Assembly (NCBI GenBank): GCA_963708075.1
Contig: OY970194.1
Span: 6,304,001-6,368,000, forward strand
Direction: 5' to 3'
From: Sedimentisphaerales bacterium
GTDB taxonomy: Bacteria > Planctomycetota > Phycisphaerae > Sedimentisphaerales > Anaerobacaceae
DNA: 64,000 bases
The notes below the pieces were generated by a model. It was given only the letters and a program-made list of their open reading frames with translations, was not told the DNA's origin and did not search any database. Below, piece after piece: positions 12,125 to 23,511 of the stretch (positions within the stretch are counted from its first letter, which is position 1; the number at the start of each line of letters is the position of its first letter). The translations under genes and the position numbers were made by a program.

Positions 12125-12976
12125 TCAGAGCACAGACGTATCCCTGGATCGCGGGTCGTTGAGGGGGCCGGGGCCGTTGGTGAGGCTGCCGGCGAGGGCC
12201 ATTTCGCGAAAGCCGGCCATGGGGTCGTAGAAGTCGCGGTTGAGATCGACGGTGTTGACCATCATGCCGGGACGGTTGGCCCGGAGCTGGGCGGTGATCA
12301 CGCCATCGGGCTGGATGAAGCAGGATGGGTAGGGGGAGTAGTAGCCGCTGGAGTTGGTCATGCTCACCCACAGGTGGTTCGTCGCGGCGTGACATTGCAT
12401 CGTTTGCCGCATGATGTGGGTGTGCACGCTGGGGCCCTTCTGCCGGGCGTTGTAGAACGACTGAAAGACGCACTGCACGCCTTGCTTGTAAAGCTGGCGG
12501 TACAACTCCGGGAAACGCAGATCGAAGCAGATCAGCAGGGAGCAGACGACGCCGTTGAGGGTGAACGTGACGAATCGGTCGCCGGGCGTGTAATGGTCCA
12601 GGTCGCCGGGCGTGCCGAATCGCTTGTCGTAGCGGTCCGCGATCTTACCCTCGGGGCTGATCAGGTACAGGCTGTTGTGCGGCTTGTTGGGCGGGGTCAG
12701 CGGATGCGTGCTGCCTAGGACGACCCAGAGGCCCAGCCGGCCCGCCAAGTCCATAATCTCAAGCGTCTCCTGCCGGAGCAGATCCCAATCGTAATCGGTA
12801 AAGCCGGCCAGGTCCACGCCCGCATACCCGCTCAACGCGCACTCGGAGAAGTGCACGATGTCCGCATCCGCCTCGCGAGCCTTCTGCATGAACCGGCGGA
12901 TATGGCGGGCATTCTCCGCCACCGACTCGCTGACGGCAAACTGACACGCGGCGATCCTCAATATATTGGCTCTCAT
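12125..12976 (-). CDS. carbon-nitrogen hydrolase (nitrilase family)
   Basis: Glu-Lys-Cys triad contexts HFSECALSGY, YDKRF, ICFDLRFPE. Confidence 0.9.
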   Translation of the reverse strand: MRANILRIAACQFAVSESVAENARHIRRFMQKAREADADIVHFSECALSGYAGVDLAGFTDYDWDLLRQETLEIMDLAGRLGLWVVLGSTHPLTPPNKPHNSLYLISPEGKIADRYDKRFGTPGDLDHYTPGDRFVTFTLNGVVCSLLICFDLRFPELYRQLYKQGVQCVFQSFYNARQKGPSVHTHIMRQTMQCHAATNHLWVSMTNSSGYYSPYPSCFIQPDGVITAQLRANRPGMMVNTVDLNRDFYDPMAGFREMALAGSLTNGPGPLNDPRSRDTSVL

Positions 12977-13006
12977 ATACCTTCACTACTCACGTGTGAT
13001 GGCGAC

Positions 13007-13435
13007 TTACGCAGAGTCGAGCTTTGGCAGCATGTCTACCACTTCCACACATACTGCACGCCATCGCTCATTATCCAATTGCCCCGCAAACGCCTTGTCC
13101 ATCACATCGAGTGCGAACCGTGCGGAGACCGTGGCCGGGCCGCCGCCCATCTCGATGCCGACCTCCACGGCCTCCAGGACCTCCTGCTGCGTGGCCCCCG
13201 CCTTGGCCGCCTGCTCGATGTGCCATTGCATGCACGACTCGCAATCGATCACGACGGAGATACCTACGGCAATAAGTTCTTTCTGTTTCTTCGGCAGGGC
13301 CCCGTCCTCATACGCGGCCTTCTCCATCTCCAGGAAAGCCCTATAGACCCTGGATTTCATGAACAGCAGCTTCTTGTGTGCCTGTTCCCTTTTGCGGCAG
13401 ATTTCATCGAGTCGATCCATAGTGTCCCGTGACAT
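13007..13435 (-). CDS. carboxymuconolactone decarboxylase/AhpD-like protein
   Basis: GALPKKQKELIAVGISVVIDCESCMQWH...GATQQEVLEA, with a CxxC motif. Confidence 0.88.
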   Translation of the reverse strand: MSRDTMDRLDEICRKREQAHKKLLFMKSRVYRAFLEMEKAAYEDGALPKKQKELIAVGISVVIDCESCMQWHIEQAAKAGATQQEVLEAVEVGIEMGGGPATVSARFALDVMDKAFAGQLDNERWRAVCVEVVDMLPKLDSA

Positions 13436-13444
13436 GTGGATTGC

Positions 13445-14461
13445 CTATTTCAGCCCCATCGTCTCCTCGACGCCGAAGAGGATGTTCATGTTCTGGATCG
13501 CCTGGCCGGAGGCGCCTTTGGTCAGGTTGTCGATCACGGAGAAGACCACGACCGTGTCTTTGACGACCGTTGGGAACAGGTGACAGTAGTTCGTTCCCGT
13601 GACATCCTTGACCGCCGGGGCGCCCTTGCAGACCTGGACGAAGTGCTCGCGTTTGTAGAAATCAGCGTACAGCGACAGGAGCTGCTCGCTCTTCACTTCG
13701 GCCTTGGGCCTGCAGTACACGGTCGCGAGCATGCCGCGGTCGAACGGACCCACGTGCGGCTGAAACAGGATTCGCACGGGCGAGCCCGCCACTTCGCCGG
13801 CGATCTGCTCCATCTCGGGCATGTGCCGATGAACGCCGATCCCGTAGGCGTAGAGGTTCTCGTTCATGTACGGGAAATGGAACTTCGGCGTGGCGTTCTT
13901 GCCGCCGCCGGAGACACCCGTCACGGAATTGACGATCATGGAGCTCGTTTCCACGAGGCTTTCCCGCAGCAGGGGGGCCAGCGCGAGCATCGAGCAAGTC
14001 GGGAAGCAGCCGGGGTTCGCCACCAGCTTGGTCTTCTTGATCTGCTTGCGGAACAGCTCGGGCAGCCCGTACACCGCCTTGGCCAGGTTCGCCGTGTCGG
14101 TGTGAGGCGTCTTGTAGAACTGCTCGTACACCTTCACGTCCTTGAGCCGGTAATCGGCGCTGAAGTCGATCACCTTGACGCCGGCTTTGAGCAACTCTGG
14201 CACGAACTGCATCGAGACCTTGTGCGGCAGGCAGCACAGAGCCACGTCCGCCGAGTCGGCAAGCTTCTTCAGGTCCAGCGGCTCAACGGGCAGCTCGCAG
14301 CGGCCCCGGAACTCCGGAAAGATCTCCTGCATCGGCCCGCATTCCTCCGGCAGGGCGGTCAGGTAGGTCACTTTGGCCTCGCCATGCCGCAGGATGATTC
14401 GAATGGACTCGGCGCCCGTATACCCGCTGGCGCCAATGATGGCAACTCGTATCATAGTCAT
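13445..14461 (-). CDS. argC: N-acetyl-gamma-glutamyl-phosphate reductase
   Basis: IIGASGYTG, IDFSADYRL, VANPGCFPT, IDNLTKGASGQAIQNMN. Confidence 0.97.
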   Translation of the reverse strand: MTMIRVAIIGASGYTGAESIRIILRHGEAKVTYLTALPEECGPMQEIFPEFRGRCELPVEPLDLKKLADSADVALCCLPHKVSMQFVPELLKAGVKVIDFSADYRLKDVKVYEQFYKTPHTDTANLAKAVYGLPELFRKQIKKTKLVANPGCFPTCSMLALAPLLRESLVETSSMIVNSVTGVSGGGKNATPKFHFPYMNENLYAYGIGVHRHMPEMEQIAGEVAGSPVRILFQPHVGPFDRGMLATVYCRPKAEVKSEQLLSLYADFYKREHFVQVCKGAPAVKDVTGTNYCHLFPTVVKDTVVVFSVIDNLTKGASGQAIQNMNILFGVEETMGLK

Positions 14462-14466
14462 CCCCT

Positions 14467-14549
14467 GTAGGGCGAGCGTCCCCGCTCGCCTGAAGTAGCA
14501 CGGGATCTTGCCCGTGGTCCCGAATACATGGGCTGGATGCCCATGCCAC
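14467..14549 (+). repeat. cluster of three REP-like hairpins
   Basis: GTAG-GGCGAGCG-TCCC-CGCTCGCC; GTAG-CACGGG...CCCGTG; an inverted CATGGG...CCCATG-CCAC. Confidence 0.65.
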
Positions 14550-14640
14550 GTGTCGTGCGAGGACACACGACCCACCTAAGAAAACAGCCGCTAAGGTTAC
14601 CTCGGCGGCTGTCATAATCCAGTAAGTTGTTGGACGTTGA

Positions 14641-15132
14641 TTAACGTTTCGAGAACTGGAATCTCCGCCTGGCGCCTGCCTGCCCGGGCTTCTTCCTCTC
14701 GACCATTCTCGGGTCGCGGGTCAGGTGTCCGCTGTCGCGCAGGGTCTGGAGGTAGTTCTCGTCGTAGCTCTTCAGAGCTCTCGCCACTCCCAGCAGGGCA
14801 GCGCCGGCCTGGCCGGTGATTCCGCCGCCTTTGACGTTGACGAATACGTCGAAGGCCTTCTCGGCATTGACGGCCTTGAGCGGCGCCAGGACAGCCGAGC
14901 GGTCCTGCTCTCTCAGGAAGTACTTGTCCAACTCTCGCTTATTGATGACGAGCTTTCCGCTGCCCGGGCGAATCCGCACGCGTGCCACGGAGGTCTTGCG
15001 TCGCCCAGTGCCCCACCAGTAGCCGTACTTCTGCTTGCCCTGGTTGCCCGATCGAATGGTTTGCTTCGGCTCGGGGGCTTCCGTCTTCGGTTTCTGCTCG
15101 ACCGCTGCGTTCTGTTCCTGCATGTCTGCCAT
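14641..15132 (-). CDS. rpsI: 30S ribosomal protein S9
   Basis: GTGRRKTSVARV, GGGITGQAGA, ERKKPGQAGARRRFQFSKR. Confidence 0.98.
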   Translation of the reverse strand: MADMQEQNAAVEQKPKTEAPEPKQTIRSGNQGKQKYGYWWGTGRRKTSVARVRIRPGSGKLVINKRELDKYFLREQDRSAVLAPLKAVNAEKAFDVFVNVKGGGITGQAGAALLGVARALKSYDENYLQTLRDSGHLTRDPRMVERKKPGQAGARRRFQFSKR

Positions 15133-15147
15133 ATTCGTCTATTCCGC

Positions 15148-15582
15148 TTATAACTCGATCTTTTGAGGTTGCTGCGCCTGGTGCGCGTGTGTGGGACCAG
15201 CGTATACCTTGAGCCTTCGGAACATGAACCGGCCCGACCGGGTCTTCGGCAGCATTCGGCGGACCGCCAGCTCGATGACCTCTGCCGGCCTCATCTCCTT
15301 CTGATGCTGGTAGCTCCTGTATTTGTGACCGCCCGGATAGCCGGTGTACCAGTCATATTCCTTCGTCTCTTCCTTGTTGCCGGTCATGCGCACCTTTTCG
15401 GCGTTGATCACGATCACGAAATCGCCGCAGTCCGCCTGGGGCGTGTACGTCACCTTCGTCTTGCCCATCAGGTACGGCGCGATCTTCGCCGCCAGCCGGC
15501 CCAGAACCGCCCCGTCGGCGTCGAACAACACCCACTTGCGCTCCACCTCTTGCATTTTGGCCATGTACGTCTTCATAGGCAT
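15148..15582 (-). CDS. rplM: 50S ribosomal protein L13
   Basis: RKWVLFDADGAVLGRLA, GDFVIVINAEKV, VRRMLPK, LKVYAGPTHAH. Start taken at MPMKTY. Confidence 0.97.
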   Translation of the reverse strand: MPMKTYMAKMQEVERKWVLFDADGAVLGRLAAKIAPYLMGKTKVTYTPQADCGDFVIVINAEKVRMTGNKEETKEYDWYTGYPGGHKYRSYQHQKEMRPAEVIELAVRRMLPKTRSGRFMFRRLKVYAGPTHAHQAQQPQKIEL

Positions 15583-15844
15583 ACTCTCTTCTCTTTTAGG
15601 CATAGAAACCCTGAATTGTAGCAACCTTCCGCCCGATGTCAACCATTTTATAACGAATTCCGATGATTTTGGTTCACCCGGTTTCGCGACCCCGTACAAC
15701 ATTTCCGACGGGCAGGATGGCTCCAGAGCCAGGTGCCCCAGCGGGGCCAAGGTTGTCCCGGCACCGCAATCGCCATTGACGCAACAGGAGAGGCTTCCTA
15801 TACTTACAGCAGTGGCGTTCAATCCTATTGAAGAGAGCAACACA

Positions 15845-16168
15845 ATGACCGGACACATCAGCCAGGTGGCCAGGAGACTCATAGATGGGCTCAGCCCGGA
15901 CATTGAAGTCGTTCGAGCATATGCCTACGGCTCACGCGTCAGAGGCGATGAGGATCTCGGATCGGACCTTGATCTGCTCGTCGAATTACGGGAAGTAACT
16001 CGAACGGCCAAACGCCAAATCCTGGATCGCGCCTGGGAATTGAGCCTGGAAGAGGGCTATGTGGTCTCTGTCGTGATCGTGAGCCAGGAAGCATTCGAGC
16101 GAGGCCCTCTGTCCGCCTCGGAATTCGCCCGGACCGTCCGCCGAGACGGTGTCGAGATCGCCGCATGA
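15845..16168 (+). CDS. minimal nucleotidyltransferase (MNT) antitoxin
   Basis: YGSRVRGDEDLGSDLDLL (GSx10DxD); overlaps the downstream HEPN gene via ATGA. Confidence 0.88.
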   Translation: MTGHISQVARRLIDGLSPDIEVVRAYAYGSRVRGDEDLGSDLDLLVELREVTRTAKRQILDRAWELSLEEGYVVSVVIVSQEAFERGPLSASEFARTVRRDGVEIAA

Positions 16169-16563
16169 GAGAGCAGGACATCCAAGCTTTGATCGAGTAT
16201 CGCCTGAACGAAGCCAATGAGGCTCTGAAGGACGCAGAACTCCTGCTGGATGCCAGCCGTTACAGAAGTGCTGCCAACCGAATGTACTATGCTGCCTTCT
16301 ATTCGGCCGTTGCAGTTCTCCTGACAAAGCACCTGGACTATTCAAAGCACTCCGCCGTAATCGCCTTTTTCGACAAGGAATTCATTCGGACCGGCGTTCT
16401 TCCGAAGGAGTATTCACGGACCTTGCATCAAGCCTTCAACGAAAGACAGCAGGATGACTACATGCCTTTCGTCGAAATGGACCCGGACGAACTCGCGCAA
16501 CTCTTGGAGGACGTTCGGAACATGGTCAACGGCATCTCCACATACGTCAAGGAAGATGCCTGA
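16165..16563 (+). CDS. HEPN domain protein (UPF0332-like), toxin partner of MNT
   Basis: SAANRMYYAAFY, SKHSAVI, FNERQQDDY. Confidence 0.88.
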   Translation: MREQDIQALIEYRLNEANEALKDAELLLDASRYRSAANRMYYAAFYSAVAVLLTKHLDYSKHSAVIAFFDKEFIRTGVLPKEYSRTLHQAFNERQQDDYMPFVEMDPDELAQLLEDVRNMVNGISTYVKEDA

Positions 16564-16640
16564 TCGATGGGAGTGGAGCGAAGCCGCCCGCCTTGTAGAC
16601 CGGGTGTGGAATCGTCCTCCCAAATCATCAATCATCAATC

Positions 16641-19741
<3,101 letters not shown>

Positions 19742-19770
19742 TATGCGCCTCCATGCGGAAAATATAAGAC

Positions 19771-19817
19771 CCACTACATATAGTCAGGGAGAACTGGGAT
19801 ATCCCCAGATATAGTTG
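19771..19817. promoter_or_regulatory. tandem NrdR boxes
   Basis: ccaCTAcATATAGtca (19771-19786) and tccCCAgATATAGttg (19802-19817) resemble the consensus acaCwAtATaTwGtgt. They are 31 bp apart and directly upstream of nrdJ. Confidence 0.75.
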
Positions 19818-19976
19818 CTACGTTCATAAAAACTGTATCGGCAGACTAATGACAATCCGGTCACGTGTAAAGGTGAAAAAATCAGAATTCTGCTCGTTTG
19901 CATCACAGCTTTTCTCTTAGTCCTTGCGATGCCTGAATCTATGAAGCAAAAAATTTTTTCGCGCGGTGACACACGA

Positions 19977-20621
19977 CTACAAACCCGTGGCTTCCAGCCA
20001 GCGCAGCGCGATCCACGCATGTGCCCAAAGGTAAGGATGCACCGCATCGCCGGACCACTTTTCCGGCGGGATTTCTGCGATCTGCCGATCGATTTCCTGC
20101 TGCAGAGGCACCAGCACGGCATTGTATTTGGCCGCCAATCCACGCACGATCTCAATATATGACATCAGTGCGTTGAATACCGCGTTGCTTCGGTCCCGGC
20201 AGAACATGAACGGCTCCATCAGCACGAATTGACAATCGTACCGCTTCTTCGTGCGTGAAAGTAACTCGTCATATGTTACTTCGTATTCACTCGGAGTTGA
20301 GGCCGTCCGGGCAAGCGCAGGTTCCATCGTCAACTGCCACACGTCATTGATGCCCACGAGGATACAGACGACGTTCGGCCCATGCGCGATGCAATCCTTC
20401 TCCCATCGATGTTCCAGGTCGCGGATCGTATCTCCACTGACGCCCGTATTGACGATGGACAGGTTCAGTTCCGGGCGTCTGGCCCACAGGAGGTTGCCGA
20501 CGAAGTGCACATAGCCGAGCCCGAGCGGCTTGTAGGCCTGGCGGTGCCGCTCCGCATCGGTGATGCTGTCACCGATGAAGACAATCGTATCGGCTGTCTT
20601 CAAATGCATGCCCGGTTTCAT
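19977..20621 (-). CDS. SGNH/GDSL hydrolase
   Basis: FIGDSITD, NTGVSG, LVGINDV, GDAVHP blocks. Confidence 0.93.
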   Translation of the reverse strand: MKPGMHLKTADTIVFIGDSITDAERHRQAYKPLGLGYVHFVGNLLWARRPELNLSIVNTGVSGDTIRDLEHRWEKDCIAHGPNVVCILVGINDVWQLTMEPALARTASTPSEYEVTYDELLSRTKKRYDCQFVLMEPFMFCRDRSNAVFNALMSYIEIVRGLAAKYNAVLVPLQQEIDRQIAEIPPEKWSGDAVHPYLWAHAWIALRWLEATGL

Positions 20622-21092
20622 CCTTTCTCCCGTTGGCGAACTACGCGAGCCGCTATTGTCATCCGTGTGTGCCTCTTTGCCAAGAGCCTTGTCGCACATT
20701 TTTCGGGACTCTATGCGATATGTCGGAACGATGTGAGCAAAACACCACCAGGGATTCAGGGTTTCCCCGATTAAGACTCAGCCGTCTGCCTGTTATTTCT
20801 ATTGGCGAAACGCGGATGTGCAGCGTTGTTGCCTGTGACCGCAGGCCTCGCCGAGGAGATTCGCTCGGTCATCATTGCTGAGGATTGTTACGGCCTGCAG
20901 ACCCGTACTCGCAGCAGCATGGCCGAGCGATAGCGGCAGCAATCACCCGGAGGAGGGTGATGCCTGCCGCGACTTCCCAACTCTTCAAGCTATCCCTATT
21001 CCCGATTCATCCGCCTCTTGCATACCTTTCGTCGAGCGACAGTTCCGGCTCTTCGGGCCCGGTACATGCCTGACCCGATGCCCCCTCGCCTT

Positions 21093-21347
21093 GGGTGGCG
21101 CCGCCAAACTCGTTGGGTTCGTCCCAAGTTGTTGAGTTTTGGGTGGCAGCGTCAAGCGCAGCTTGGCGATGGTCTTGCCCATTCGCCATCGCCAAGGCCT
21201 TCGGCCTTGACGCTGCCACCCGACTGCGCAGCTTGCACAGGCTCGATCTCAAGGATTTGGGACGAAGCCAACTCGTTTGACGGTGCTGCTTCAGCGGAGC
21301 CTGATCCCGCGAAACCCCACGGGCAAACGAGTTTGCCCGTGCCACCC
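21093..21347. repeat. nested inverted-repeat (REPIN-like) cluster of GGGTGGC-headed palindromes
   Basis: GGGTGGCAGCGTCAAG/CTTGACGCTGCCACCC lies inside a longer imperfect outer inverted repeat. A CACGGGCAAAC/GTTTGCCCGTG hairpin follows, which also matches 1029-1060. Confidence 0.75.
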
Positions 21348-21575
21348 GGACTGTACCTTCTCACGTTAAGCATGTACCTTGGATCGAGAGAATCACCTGA
21401 CCGCGGGGGAAAGCGAGTGCGTGGCGCTGACGATATACTCCCAGGCAGCCCAACTTCCCCGCGCCGCTATCGGATGTTGCCGGAGGTCAAACTCTTTTGC
21501 GGCCGCCGGCGTACCTTTATAATAGATCAGCGATGGGGAAGGAGAAGGTCTTGGCAGTACTGAAAACAGGGGTCC

Positions 21576-22958
21576 ATGGCAGACAACGGCGATAACGGCA
21601 GGCTCGAAGCGATTCGACAGCGGGTCAAGGAACTCCCGACGGTTCCCGGCGTGTACTTCATGAAGGGCGTCGATGAAGTTGTTCTTTACATCGGCAAAGC
21701 TAAAAATCTGCGCTCTCGCGTATCGAGCTACTTTCAGCCGTCGAGCAATCTGGAGGCCTCGCGCGGGCCGCATATCGTGGAAATGGTCGCCAAGGTCCAG
21801 TCGGTCGACTACCTGGAGACGGAGTCGGAGGTCGATGCCATGCTCAAGGAGGCCCGGCTGATCAAGGACATCCGTCCGCCCTACAACATCGACCTGATGG
21901 ACGACAAGACGTTCCCGTACCTGGAGATCACGATCCGCGAGGACTTCCCGGGCGTCTATATCACCCGCAAGCCGCAACACAGTGGCACTCGCCTGTTTGG
22001 ACCTTTTGCCAGCGCCACCGACCTGCGGGGCGTGCTCGTCGAATTGCAGAAGATCTTTCGGTTTCGCACGTGCAGTCTGGATATCCGGGAGGATGATCCC
22101 AAGCGTCCGTTCTTTCGGCCGTGCCTGCTCTACCATATCCGGCAGTGCACCGCCCCGTGCGGTGCCCGGATTGACAAAGCCGAGTACCGCAAGAGCATCC
22201 GCGATATGATCCGATTCCTCCGCTCGAAGCGATCCATTGTGCTGCGCGAGCTGCAGGTACAGATGGAAGAGGCATCGAAGCACTTCGAATACGAGAAGGC
22301 GGGGATGTTCCGCGACCGTATCCGGCTGATTGAGAGCCTCGATGACCGTGGCACGCCGGATGAGCACGTCCAGCCGGAAGTCTTTGCCGCCGATCCCACT
22401 GAGGCCCTCGTCAAGCTCCGCGACATCCTGCAGACGCCGAACCAAGTCCGCATCATCGAAGGCATCGACATCGCCAACATCAGCGGGGAGGAAGCCGTTG
22501 GCTCGCTGGTCAAATTCATCGACGGCCGGCCCTTCAAGAGCGGCTACCGCCGATTCCGCATCCGAACTGTCCACGGGATCGATGATTACGCCATGATCGC
22601 CGAGGTCGTCCGGCGGCGCTACAAGTACGCCCTTCGGGGCGAGGAACTCTGGCCCGATCTTATCCTCATTGACGGCGGGCTCGGCCACCTGAGAGCTGCC
22701 GAGGCCGCATTCCAGGAGATGATCACCGAGGCCATGGCCAGTGGCGAGGAGGACGTCGAGATGCCTCACACCAAGATCGCCTCCATCGCCAAACGCGAGG
22801 AGGACATTTACCTCCAGGGCAGCTCGCAGCCGTTGAAGCTGCCGGCCCATTCCCCCGTCCGCAAACTCCTGCAGTACGTCCGTGACGAGGCCCACCGCTT
22901 CGCCCAGCACTACCACCACATCCTGCGGGACAAGAAGATGTTCAACGAGACCCGCTGA
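21576..22958 (+). CDS. uvrC: excinuclease ABC subunit C (compact form, no C-terminal HhH)
   Basis: GIY-YIG region (PGVYFMK...YIGKAKNLRSRVSSYF), CLLYHIRQCTAPC, UVR domain, EGIDIANI, PDLILIDGG, VRDEAHRFA. Confidence 0.93.
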   Translation: MADNGDNGRLEAIRQRVKELPTVPGVYFMKGVDEVVLYIGKAKNLRSRVSSYFQPSSNLEASRGPHIVEMVAKVQSVDYLETESEVDAMLKEARLIKDIRPPYNIDLMDDKTFPYLEITIREDFPGVYITRKPQHSGTRLFGPFASATDLRGVLVELQKIFRFRTCSLDIREDDPKRPFFRPCLLYHIRQCTAPCGARIDKAEYRKSIRDMIRFLRSKRSIVLRELQVQMEEASKHFEYEKAGMFRDRIRLIESLDDRGTPDEHVQPEVFAADPTEALVKLRDILQTPNQVRIIEGIDIANISGEEAVGSLVKFIDGRPFKSGYRRFRIRTVHGIDDYAMIAEVVRRRYKYALRGEELWPDLILIDGGLGHLRAAEAAFQEMITEAMASGEEDVEMPHTKIASIAKREEDIYLQGSSQPLKLPAHSPVRKLLQYVRDEAHRFAQHYHHILRDKKMFNETR

Positions 22959-23129
22959 TCGGCAGGCCCTGTGCGTGGCAAAGTGGCAATCGCAGAAGCA
23001 ACCGCGTCAGTAGAAAAGACGGTGACGGGCGGAAAAGGAGACGCGGCCATAAGTGCATGTATACAAAGGGCTTATCACCTGATGGCAGGCCGCCGTGGTC
23101 ACTAATTCCTGCGAGTTCCCTCATATTTC

Positions 23130-23158
23130 TTGACACGCTGGAGAGCGTTGCATAGAAT
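23130..23158 (+). promoter_or_regulatory. sigma-70-type promoter
   Basis: TTGACA-N17-TAGAAT. Confidence 0.7.
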
Positions 23159-23511
23159 TATCGTTATGGGACATGCACGTGTCTCGTGATGGAGGACGGG
23201 TACATGCGCACTGGACTTTCGCAGGAGGCATTCTGTCGTGCGCGATGAGAAGTCCCACCGTTGATCTGACAAGCAGGAAGAGGGTACTTGATTTGAATTG
23301 GGCACGTCATCTGCGATTTCTATTGGAAAGGAGGTGAAGAGACGCATCCATTGTGATCTGATGCGTGGGGGGAGCGTCGCGTCGGTGCGGCAGGGCGAGC
23401 GCCCACCGAAGAGCGGAAGGTGCGCGGCATTCAGAATTCCGGTTGGAGGGAATTGTGCCTTGGCGCGTGGTCAAGGGCACGGGACACTATCTTTTGGTGA
23501 GGAGGATCGTC

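Noticed and set aside
19742..19976. Cobalamin riboswitch upstream of the B12-dependent nrdJ
   Set aside because: No recognisable B12-box or conserved core. NrdR boxes explain the conserved-looking sequence.
20875..21563. Short ORFs between the SGNH gene and uvrC
   Set aside because: No recognisable motifs; they largely translate the palindromic repeat cluster.
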